Assembly (NCBI RefSeq): GCF_000446015.1
Contig: NC_022093.1
Coordinates: 900,001-932,000 of the forward strand
From: Thermofilum adornatum
Lineage (GTDB): Archaea > Thermoproteota > Thermoprotei > Thermofilales > Thermofilaceae
Direction: 5' to 3'
Length of the DNA: 32,000 nt
This document shows, piece by piece, positions 8,117 through 15,329 of this stretch (position 1 is its first letter; each line of letters opens with the position of its first letter). The translations under genes and the position numbers were made by a program. A model generated the notes under the pieces. It was not told where the DNA came from, ran no database searches, and saw nothing but the letters and a program-made list of their open reading frames with translations.

Positions 8117-9943
8117 TTGAGAATATTACTGATCCATGCAAAAACATTTGAATATGAAGCTAAAGAAAAAGCCTTAGAAGCTGCAGAGGAACTCGGCGAA
8201 AACAAAGCAGGAAAGTTTCAAAACGTGCTCGTTGTCTTTCTCACGGTAGAAAAAGGCGACGGCTCTTCACCGGATGTTGTAGAGAAAGCTGTCTCAGACA
8301 TCTTGGATGTCTATGGCAAAGTAGGCGCATCCGGCATTGTAGTGTATCCATATGCACATTTATCTAGTAACCTCGCCCCGCCGGAGGAAGCTAAAAGGGT
8401 TCTCGTCCAGGTTGCAGAAAAAATCTCAGAGAAAGGGGTTCAGGTTTCAAGGGCGCCATTCGGATGGTACAAAAGGTTTGTAATTGATTGCTATGGTCAC
8501 CCATTGTCCGAGTTATCTAGGTCTATTTTGCCAGGAGTAGAGCCTAAACGGGGCTACGCTGATTTCGCCGTAATGTTCCCAGATGGCAGGATAGTGAGCA
8601 TCGAGGAACTCGACGAAAAAGAGTTGCCAAGGGACTTTGTAGCACTCCTTGAGGCGGAAGTTTTTAAGGCGAAGCGTGAGGGGGGAGAACCGAAGTACCT
8701 AGAGTACTGCAAGAAGTTTGGGTTTGAATGGGAGCCCATGAGCGACCTTGGACACATGCGTTATGGCCCCGAAGCAACAGTGATGCTGGAGGCTGTAGCT
8801 GAATATGCCTGGCTCTGTGCCAAAAGCCTAGGGATACCTGTCTACAAGGTTAGGGGGACAAATACCTTCAATTTGTCATTTAAGCCTGTACAGCAACACG
8901 CAGAACTCTTTGGAGACCGTTTATACCAGCTCGAAGTAGACGAGAAGAAGCTTATACTCAGATATGCGGCCTGTCACCAGCAGTTTGCAATGGTCAGGGA
9001 CTGGGACATAAGCTACAGAGATCTTCCATTCGGAGCTTTCGAGGTTGCAGACAGCTATCGGCTTGAACAGCCAGGAGAGCTACTACTCTGTTTCAGACTT
9101 AGAAAATTCCACATGCCGGATCTACACATCTTCTGCCGTGACTTACAGGAGGCAATGGAGATATCCTTCAAGGTTCACCAGAAGATCTACGAGGAAATGG
9201 GGAAGCTGGGCAGAAGCTATGTAAGCATATACAACTTGACCCGGTCTTTCCTAGAAAAGAACAAAGATTACCTTATGAAGCTCCTTGAGAAGGAACAAAA
9301 ACCAGTCCTACTGCATTTTGTTCCGGAAGGCAAATATTATTGGGTTCTCAACATAGAGTACAACATAATTGACGAGCTGGGGAGGCCGAGAGAAATAGGA
9401 ACCTTCCAGATAGATATAGGAAATGCTGAAAGATTCGGAATAACCTATGTTGACGAGAACAATACACGCAAGTACCCAGTTATTATTCATACAGCACTCA
9501 TCGGCTCTCTAGAGCGCTATATTTTCGCTGTGTTCGATACCGTTGTCCAGAAGGCAAAACAGGGAGAAACACCCTCCCTGCCAGTTTGGCTCTCTCCTGT
9601 CCAAGTCAGAATAATACCTTTCTCAGCAGAATTTCTCAAAAGGGCAGATGAAATAGCACAGGTACTAGAAGAAAACTTGATTAGAGTGGACATAGACGAC
9701 CGAGAAGAGAGCCTAGCAAAGAGGATACGCGAGGCGGAAGTTAAATGGATACCTTACATTGTTGTTCTTGGCAAAAAAGAGGTCGAGTCAGGCAAGCTTA
9801 GTGTAAGAATAAGGGGTAAAGGTCAAGTAGAGCTTACGGTTGATGAACTTGTCTCTAGGATCCTTGAGGAAACTAAGGGATACCCACGGATATATACGTC
9901 CCTACCGAGGTATGTAAGCAGGCGCCCCAGGTATAGTGCATAG
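8117..9943 (+). CDS. thrS: threonyl-tRNA synthetase, archaeal full-length type (N-terminal editing domain + class II catalytic core + anticodon-binding domain)
   Basis: TTG start at 8117 is preceded by GAGGGGGG. The N-terminus MRILLIHAKTFEYEAKEKA is typical of the archaeal tRNA-Thr editing domain. The catalytic core has class II features (FRLRKFHMPD, HTALIGSLERY). The C-terminal anticodon-binding domain reads PVQVRIIPFS...VVLGKKEVESGKLSVRIRG. Confidence 0.95.
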   Translation: MRILLIHAKTFEYEAKEKALEAAEELGENKAGKFQNVLVVFLTVEKGDGSSPDVVEKAVSDILDVYGKVGASGIVVYPYAHLSSNLAPPEEAKRVLVQVAEKISEKGVQVSRAPFGWYKRFVIDCYGHPLSELSRSILPGVEPKRGYADFAVMFPDGRIVSIEELDEKELPRDFVALLEAEVFKAKREGGEPKYLEYCKKFGFEWEPMSDLGHMRYGPEATVMLEAVAEYAWLCAKSLGIPVYKVRGTNTFNLSFKPVQQHAELFGDRLYQLEVDEKKLILRYAACHQQFAMVRDWDISYRDLPFGAFEVADSYRLEQPGELLLCFRLRKFHMPDLHIFCRDLQEAMEISFKVHQKIYEEMGKLGRSYVSIYNLTRSFLEKNKDYLMKLLEKEQKPVLLHFVPEGKYYWVLNIEYNIIDELGRPREIGTFQIDIGNAERFGITYVDENNTRKYPVIIHTALIGSLERYIFAVFDTVVQKAKQGETPSLPVWLSPVQVRIIPFSAEFLKRADEIAQVLEENLIRVDIDDREESLAKRIREAEVKWIPYIVVLGKKEVESGKLSVRIRGKGQVELTVDELVSRILEETKGYPRIYTSLPRYVSRRPRYSA

Positions 9944-9945
9944 AA

Positions 9946-11127
9946 ATGAAATTGTCTCTAAGAGAACTTCTTTTCCAAAAGTACCTCTTATTGAATCAGC
10001 TCGAACAGCAACTCGGACAAGAGAGCAAGTCGAAGGCGTCATCGGATTATCATGCAAAAAAGCCACCACGACCATGCGGATTCACCGTCCACACTGTTAT
10101 TGGATGTAGATTTGCCTGTACCTATTGCTACCTCCCAGACATGGGTATCAGCACAACCGTCCCACAGATCTATGGATTAAACGGGGAAGAAATCACATAT
10201 GCCCTCCTTAGAAACAAGTATTTTCTACCTACACGGAAAGGCTCGCTTATCGCAATAGGGAGCGTCGGCAAACCCTTTGTTGACCCACAGGGCGCCCAAA
10301 GAACAATGGAGTACGTCTCCTCCTTTGAGAGATACCTCGGCAACCCAATACAGTTTTCGACAAAAGCCATAGTTCCAGAGGAGGTTATAAACTGGCTCTC
10401 GAAAAGAAAAATACCAATAAATCCACTAATCACGATAGTGACTCTGAAGCATGCAAAGATCCTGGAAACACAGGCCCCAGACCCATACGATAGGCTTGAC
10501 ACGATGAAAAAAATGAGGAAACACGGATTACATCCCATGCTGTTCCTAAGACCAATAATTCCGGGCACAACGACAGAAGAGCTAGAGGATATAATTAAGG
10601 AGGCAAAAAACCATGGAGCCGAAGGAGTCGTCATAGGAAGTCTAAGAGTAACCCCACTAATACTCACACGTCTTGAGAAATTCGGAGTAAACACGAGAGA
10701 AATAAAAGACAGAATAAGGGACAAGTCTCTTCAGCCTGGTAAGCAGGTTTCTGTTCCAATGAGAGAATACAAGGAACAGGCAATCCAAATCTCGAGACAG
10801 AATGGTCTCATACCGTTTTTGTCTGCCTGTTGTGCCAGCAACTATGTGGCTTACCTCTATAGTGGAGAGAGGGTACCCTGTCCAGGGCTCGACTACATCA
10901 AAGGAGACTTCTGTACGGTTTGTCCAGTGAATTGTCCCGCGTTGAAAACAGAGGTCGATGAAGGAGAGGTAAAAGAATATGTAGAGAAATTCCTTAACAT
11001 GAAAAACCTAAAAATAGAGGTAGAAGACAAGTACATTTTTATTTATGGTGTGAAGGACAGGCTTAAGGATCATCAAAGATACTTGCTTGAAATAGGCTTC
11101 CGTAGAAGGGTCGTCTTTAGACGCTGA
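9946..11127 (+). CDS. radical SAM domain protein (possibly SplB/COG1533-like; subfamily uncertain) with an extra C-terminal Cys cluster
   Basis: GCRFACTYCY contains the CxxxCxxC radical SAM cluster motif. The C-terminus CCASNY...CPGLDYIKGDFCTVCPVNCP suggests an auxiliary metal or Fe-S site. The gene starts 2 nt after the thrS stop. Confidence 0.85.
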   Translation: MKLSLRELLFQKYLLLNQLEQQLGQESKSKASSDYHAKKPPRPCGFTVHTVIGCRFACTYCYLPDMGISTTVPQIYGLNGEEITYALLRNKYFLPTRKGSLIAIGSVGKPFVDPQGAQRTMEYVSSFERYLGNPIQFSTKAIVPEEVINWLSKRKIPINPLITIVTLKHAKILETQAPDPYDRLDTMKKMRKHGLHPMLFLRPIIPGTTTEELEDIIKEAKNHGAEGVVIGSLRVTPLILTRLEKFGVNTREIKDRIRDKSLQPGKQVSVPMREYKEQAIQISRQNGLIPFLSACCASNYVAYLYSGERVPCPGLDYIKGDFCTVCPVNCPALKTEVDEGEVKEYVEKFLNMKNLKIEVEDKYIFIYGVKDRLKDHQRYLLEIGFRRRVVFRR

Positions 11128-11208
11128 CATAAACAGCATGAGCTTTTGGATTTTCCCATGGAAAGAAAGTTTTATTAGCGAGGTCTTTTCTGAATGCACT
11201 GAACAGGC

Positions 11209-11640
11209 TTGGCTCGGGTCAAAATCAGCGGAACATTGTTTGCTAAGAAAAGGATAGGTAGAAACGTATACAGGGCATACTTTGTAATCATTTCCGATGG
11301 ACGAATGATACGCAACCTCGTTGACAAAAACTCGAGAGGAGACTACGGGGGAGACGGAGAAGTAGAATTTACAAGGACCCTAGTTATCCATGCAAAATAC
11401 GGTCCAAGCGGGCTCGAAGGAGTAAAAACATTCGGCGGCTTATGGTACTCTATAGTTCTGGTACCCTCAGATACATACAGAGAGGTAAAACTTAACCTCC
11501 CACTGCGGGACGAGGAAATCTCGATAGAGATTAGGGGAAATTTTGACATCGAGAGGACAAGTGGATGTTCCTGGTACGATACCCTTTCCCTTATAAATTT
11601 GATAAAGCAACCAGGCATTACAAGTTCCAGTTCTGCCTAA
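11209..11640 (+). CDS. hypothetical protein
   Basis: TTG start at 11209; the next in-frame ATG is at residue 33. The sequence looks beta-rich and plausible, whereas the antisense ORF is a Ser-rich shadow. I recognise no motif, and the start is uncertain. Confidence 0.4.
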   Translation: MARVKISGTLFAKKRIGRNVYRAYFVIISDGRMIRNLVDKNSRGDYGGDGEVEFTRTLVIHAKYGPSGLEGVKTFGGLWYSIVLVPSDTYREVKLNLPLRDEEISIEIRGNFDIERTSGCSWYDTLSLINLIKQPGITSSSSA

Positions 11641-12110
11641 ATTATTCTCACCAGTTTTTCTACGACTTCAGAACCAGGCTTCGAGGCATTTGCAACAACC
11701 TTGTAGTTTACTTCGGGAACTACTTCAGAAATATGATATCTCTTTCCATCGAGAATAACCATGTGTCTAGTCGTCTTGTATGGATATAGAATGCCACTGC
11801 GGGCATGATCGATTACTTCTGCCTTTGTAGGTCTAATATTGTTTCTCCAAGACTCAACAACGATTGCATCTGAAAAGTAGTCAACCATAGCTACAGGAAT
11901 GCTTTTAAAACCCATCATCTTCAGTGCCTCGAACCTATGGTGTCCATCAAGAATTACCATGCTTGCTTCATCAACCACAATTGGTTTTACAAGGACGCCC
12001 CTGGCTAAAATGTCACGTACCAGTTCATATGTATGCATCATATCAGTTTCTTCATGAGGTCTTATATCTCCAATATTAACAATAGCTATCCTTGTCACAA
12101 ATTTATGCAT
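11637..12110 (-). CDS. ParB/sulfiredoxin (Srx)-fold domain protein
   Basis: IVNIGDIRPHEE followed by ILDGHHRFEAL (DGHHR) is the ParB/Srx N-terminal domain signature. The ORF extends to 12125. However, the TATA-like aatttatattta (12130-12141) is positioned for a leaderless transcript starting at the second ATG (12108-12110). Confidence 0.65.
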   Translation of the reverse strand: MHKFVTRIAIVNIGDIRPHEETDMMHTYELVRDILARGVLVKPIVVDEASMVILDGHHRFEALKMMGFKSIPVAMVDYFSDAIVVESWRNNIRPTKAEVIDHARSGILYPYKTTRHMVILDGKRYHISEVVPEVNYKVVANASKPGSEVVEKLVRII

Positions 12111-12156
12111 ATATGAACAAAACATTTCATAAATATAAATTTATCTTCTTTTTTGA

Positions 12157-13104
12157 CTATTTTTGAACAGGTGTCAGAGCCTCAAAGTCTACTCGTGCCT
12201 CCAAGAGATCCAACGAAAGTGAAAGAACATTTCCAATAAGATATGTTATAAGGGTCAACTCTTTTCCTTGAGTAAAAAAGCTGGAATACAGCTTTCCCAG
12301 CTCCTTTTTGCTAACTTTATCTCCTCTCTGAAACGCATTTATCCCACAGGTCACAGCTTTCTTTATAATTTCAACTTGTTCTTCTGTGACTGTTTGACCT
12401 CTTTGAAGAATTCTTGCAAGGCTCACAAATACGTCGCCCAATCTCTCAAGAGTTTTGGCATAATTGAAATATGGAAGTAATAGTGGTCTCTGGGGTATTC
12501 CTACTTTTTCTGCATAGCTACTGCTTTTTAGTGATAATGCTACCTGCCTGCTTAGCAGGAAATAGAATTTGTCTAGTTCCTCATCTCTCTCAATGATGCT
12601 TTTCAAGTACTGCATGTGGCCTGTGCGTGCATATTCTTCTAGGTCTCTAAGATTATTCTTCAACAATAGCTCCATTCTGGATATAATCTTTTCAATGCTA
12701 ATAGTGGAAGTGTCTGCAATCATTTGTAGCAAAAAGTAGTTTTCTTCTTCTTCAAATGCCTCTAGTCCAACTAGACGGAGTAAGCTTCTTCTAATATTTT
12801 CTTTTAGAAGTGTCTTGTTTGTCTTCTTAGGATAAGATATGCGAATGCTCGTGTATCCAGCTGAGTAATAGGAGATAATTATTCTTTCGGTCGATTTTTC
12901 CTCGCCTGGCTCAATTTCTACCTGTGCTTCTTGCTTTATTTCTTCTGCCTCACGGGGTTTCGGCCATATCTCTAAGTAGTCGTCTCTGTCTTCAATGTAA
13001 ACATCTTGGCCCTCCTTTAAGTCATGTTTCTTCAGCCACTTTGATGGAAGCGTGACTGCTAGGCTTGCTTTTCCAAGTCTTATTAGTTTCCTTGCCAAAG
13101 GCAT
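12157..13104 (-). CDS. phosphate uptake regulator-like protein: N-terminal SpoVT/AbrB DNA-binding domain fused to PhoU-like domains
   Basis: LIRLGKASLAVTLPSKWLKKHDLKEGQDVYIE is an AbrB/SpoVT swapped-hairpin motif. The rest is helical with PhoU-like repeats (ELDKFYFLLSRQV; LERLGDVFVSLARI). This architecture is common in archaea. Confidence 0.85.
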   Translation of the reverse strand: MPLARKLIRLGKASLAVTLPSKWLKKHDLKEGQDVYIEDRDDYLEIWPKPREAEEIKQEAQVEIEPGEEKSTERIIISYYSAGYTSIRISYPKKTNKTLLKENIRRSLLRLVGLEAFEEEENYFLLQMIADTSTISIEKIISRMELLLKNNLRDLEEYARTGHMQYLKSIIERDEELDKFYFLLSRQVALSLKSSSYAEKVGIPQRPLLLPYFNYAKTLERLGDVFVSLARILQRGQTVTEEQVEIIKKAVTCGINAFQRGDKVSKKELGKLYSSFFTQGKELTLITYLIGNVLSLSLDLLEARVDFEALTPVQK

Positions 13105-13185
13105 GTTTTAAATGTATATACACTTGGTATAAAATATTAACTGTCTATACAAAATGTTTTATTTTTAGATACTGTTTGACATTGT
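13105..13185. promoter_or_regulatory. divergent promoter region between the AbrB-PhoU gene and the guaB-like gene
   Basis: The 81-nt AT-rich spacer holds TATA-like ggtataaaatatt (~26 nt from the minus-strand start) and aatgttttatttttag (~26 nt from ATG 13186). It also contains the 10-bp perfect palindrome TGTATATACA (13113-13122). ATGTTTTA occurs twice (13103-13110 and 13154-13161). Confidence 0.5.
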
Positions 13186-14235
13186 ATGGGTATATACGTC
13201 GAGAAAATTAAAAACACAGAAATAGGACTGAGCTTCGATGATGTCTTAATCGTTCCAGCCTATTCGGACGTAAAGCTCAGCGATATCGATGTTTCTACAA
13301 GGCTCACTAGAAAACTTTTACTAAAAATACCCATCGTTTCGAGTCCAATGGACACTGTGACAGGCATCGAGATGGCGCGAAAACTTGGACAGTTGGGGGG
13401 ACTGGGCGTTTTTCCCAGAAATCTCCCTGAAGAAAACTTGTTACAGTATGTTAAGACTCTTGCCGATGAAGGAATAAATATAGGTGTAGCTGTTGGGCCC
13501 TTCGACGACGAGAGAGTATCAAAGGTTCTAGATAAAGGCGCGAGTTTGATAGTCATAGATACTGCCCATGGGCACAGCAAAAACGTTGTCGAGGCAACAA
13601 AAAGGTATTCAAGCATCGGAGCAGAGGTCATGGCTGGAAACATAGTTACAGGAGTAGCTGCCCTAGACTTGATACATGCAGGCGCCTCGTCCCTTAGGGT
13701 TGGGGTCGGACCGGGACATGCATGTGTAACCAGAGAAGTTGCAGGAGTGGGATATCCACAGCTCTCTGCCATTGCACAGGTGGCAGATGTGGCAAGAGAA
13801 TATGGAGTCACGGTGGTTGCAGACGGCGGAATCGAGAAGCCTGCAGACATAGTAAAGGCACTAGCCGCAGGTGCAGATGCAGTAATGCTCGGATACTTAC
13901 TTGCAGGAACAGACGAGGCACCGGGAGAAATTGTAAAGAGGGATGACAAATGCTTCAAGGTTTACCGAGGCATGGGAAGCAGGGGGGCACTCCAAAGTGG
14001 ATCGCAACGTTATGGAGAATTCAAGAAGGCTCCGGAAGGTGTAGAGGGACTAGTACCATGTAGGGGACCAGTAGAAGGTGTAGTCGAATTCCTAGTTAAT
14101 GGATTAAAGCAGGGGATGGGCTACGTTGGAGCCGTAAACCTAGAAGAATTGAAGAAAAAGTCCAGGTTTGTTAGATTGACTAATGCAGGCTTGCACGAGA
14201 GCCAGGCTAGAGGCCTCTTCGAGGTGAAATACTAA
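13186..14235 (+). CDS. guaB: IMP dehydrogenase family protein lacking the CBS (Bateman) subdomain
   Basis: The N-terminus is GLSFDDVLIVPAYSDV. The catalytic loop GVGPGHACVTREVAGVGYPQLSAI retains the Cys. Other family motifs present are ADGGIEKPADIVKALAAGADAVMLG, YRGMGS and the flap QRYGEFKKAPEGVEG with the Arg-Tyr pair. At 349 aa, the CBS pair is replaced by a short linker (VKTLADEGINIGVAVGP). Confidence 0.85.
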   Translation: MGIYVEKIKNTEIGLSFDDVLIVPAYSDVKLSDIDVSTRLTRKLLLKIPIVSSPMDTVTGIEMARKLGQLGGLGVFPRNLPEENLLQYVKTLADEGINIGVAVGPFDDERVSKVLDKGASLIVIDTAHGHSKNVVEATKRYSSIGAEVMAGNIVTGVAALDLIHAGASSLRVGVGPGHACVTREVAGVGYPQLSAIAQVADVAREYGVTVVADGGIEKPADIVKALAAGADAVMLGYLLAGTDEAPGEIVKRDDKCFKVYRGMGSRGALQSGSQRYGEFKKAPEGVEGLVPCRGPVEGVVEFLVNGLKQGMGYVGAVNLEELKKKSRFVRLTNAGLHESQARGLFEVKY

Positions 14236-15329
14236 TGGGGACAGTAGAGATAGGACAGTTAGTCTTACATGGCAAGCTAATTGAGAACGCTAGATTAGAG
14301 GTATCAACGTCCGAAGATATGTATTTCGAGTCTGCTGTTTCTCCTGGCTTCAGCGACGCCCACGCACATCCACAAGTTGTGGATGTGGGGGAAGGTGGAC
14401 ACTGGAGAGACTCATATGAATGGCTTGAGAATAGAAAGCTGAGGGTAAACGAGGCAGCCATAAGAAAAGACAAGGAGCTCTCAGCGTTACTTGCAGAGGC
14501 AACAATCCTCTCCTCCATAATTGATGGTGTAACAATGCTTTCACTGACCGGGAGCCTCGAGGGTAATATCGAAGCTGTTAAAAAACTTAAAGCAACTCCC
14601 AGGGTCGTACTTTTGCCAACCGTAATGAATCTTGATGGTTGGAGCCTCCCAGAAAACATATTTGTCAAGTATGTGGAAAATAGTTTCCTGTGGGATGGAT
14701 ATTTCTCTCTAGGATTTTTTGTTCACTCTATCAAAAAGGCAGATATTTCGATGCTCAGGGCCTCTTATAATATCTCCCGAAAACTTCACCTACCCTTCGC
14801 GTTGCATCTCTCTGAAGGTATTGACGAAGTAGATGCACTTGTCGAGGCTCTTGGAAAAGAACTAGACAGGGTAATAGCTGTCCACTGTATAGCTTCTCCT
14901 GAGAAATGTCGTAAAGCGGGGTTAAAAGTTGTACATTGTCCAACTTCAAACATATATCTTTACAACAGGACTCTTGGAAGCATAGAACATTTTGACTCGC
15001 TTGGTAGTGACTGGCCTCTAGTAACGGGTAACCTTTTTAGGACTTTTCAGGATGCAGTCAAGTTGCACGGCGCTACTATGGATCTCCTTGCAAAGGCAAC
15101 TCTTGGAGGATACGAAATATACAACATCAAGCCAGAAGGCGACCTAGTGACCTTCGATGATCCTATTGAGAAAGTGCTAAGGGGCGAATCTAGACCTGTA
15201 TACGTTTTCGTAAAGAGCAAGCCTATAGTAAAAGACGAGATAATTGATCCGTATGGTTTATCCAGGACAGACGTAGAGAGAATTGTTAGGGAAAGGGTCA
15301 ATTATGCATTCGAAAAATACGGATTATAG
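14235..15329 (+). CDS. metal-dependent amidohydrolase (COG0402-like aminohydrolase/deaminase family)
   Basis: The motifs are HxH (SDAHAHPQ), HLSEG, AVHCI, HCPTSNIYL and GSDWP. They occur in the order expected for the guanine/cytosine/MTA deaminase-chlorohydrolase family. The ATG overlaps the guaB-like stop as TAATG. Confidence 0.8.
   Translation: MGTVEIGQLVLHGKLIENARLEVSTSEDMYFESAVSPGFSDAHAHPQVVDVGEGGHWRDSYEWLENRKLRVNEAAIRKDKELSALLAEATILSSIIDGVTMLSLTGSLEGNIEAVKKLKATPRVVLLPTVMNLDGWSLPENIFVKYVENSFLWDGYFSLGFFVHSIKKADISMLRASYNISRKLHLPFALHLSEGIDEVDALVEALGKELDRVIAVHCIASPEKCRKAGLKVVHCPTSNIYLYNRTLGSIEHFDSLGSDWPLVTGNLFRTFQDAVKLHGATMDLLAKATLGGYEIYNIKPEGDLVTFDDPIEKVLRGESRPVYVFVKSKPIVKDEIIDPYGLSRTDVERIVRERVNYAFEKYGL

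Noticed and set aside
2491-11127. A link between the AMMECR1 gene and the radical SAM gene as an AmmeMemoRadiSam-type system.
   Set aside because: The two genes are ~7 kb apart in different transcription units, and no Memo-like gene is present. The radical SAM gene is instead coupled to thrS.
13260-13958. Long antisense ORFs inside well-supported genes. Examples are the 232-aa ORF opposite guaB, 6983-7573 opposite the PfkB kinase, 10170-10724 opposite the radical SAM gene, 2379-2861, 18076-18552, 3403-3885 and 29075-29518.
   Set aside because: All lie opposite genes with strong family motifs. Their translations are Ser/Pro/Ala/Thr-rich with no motifs, as expected for shadow ORFs on the antisense strand of biased-codon genes.
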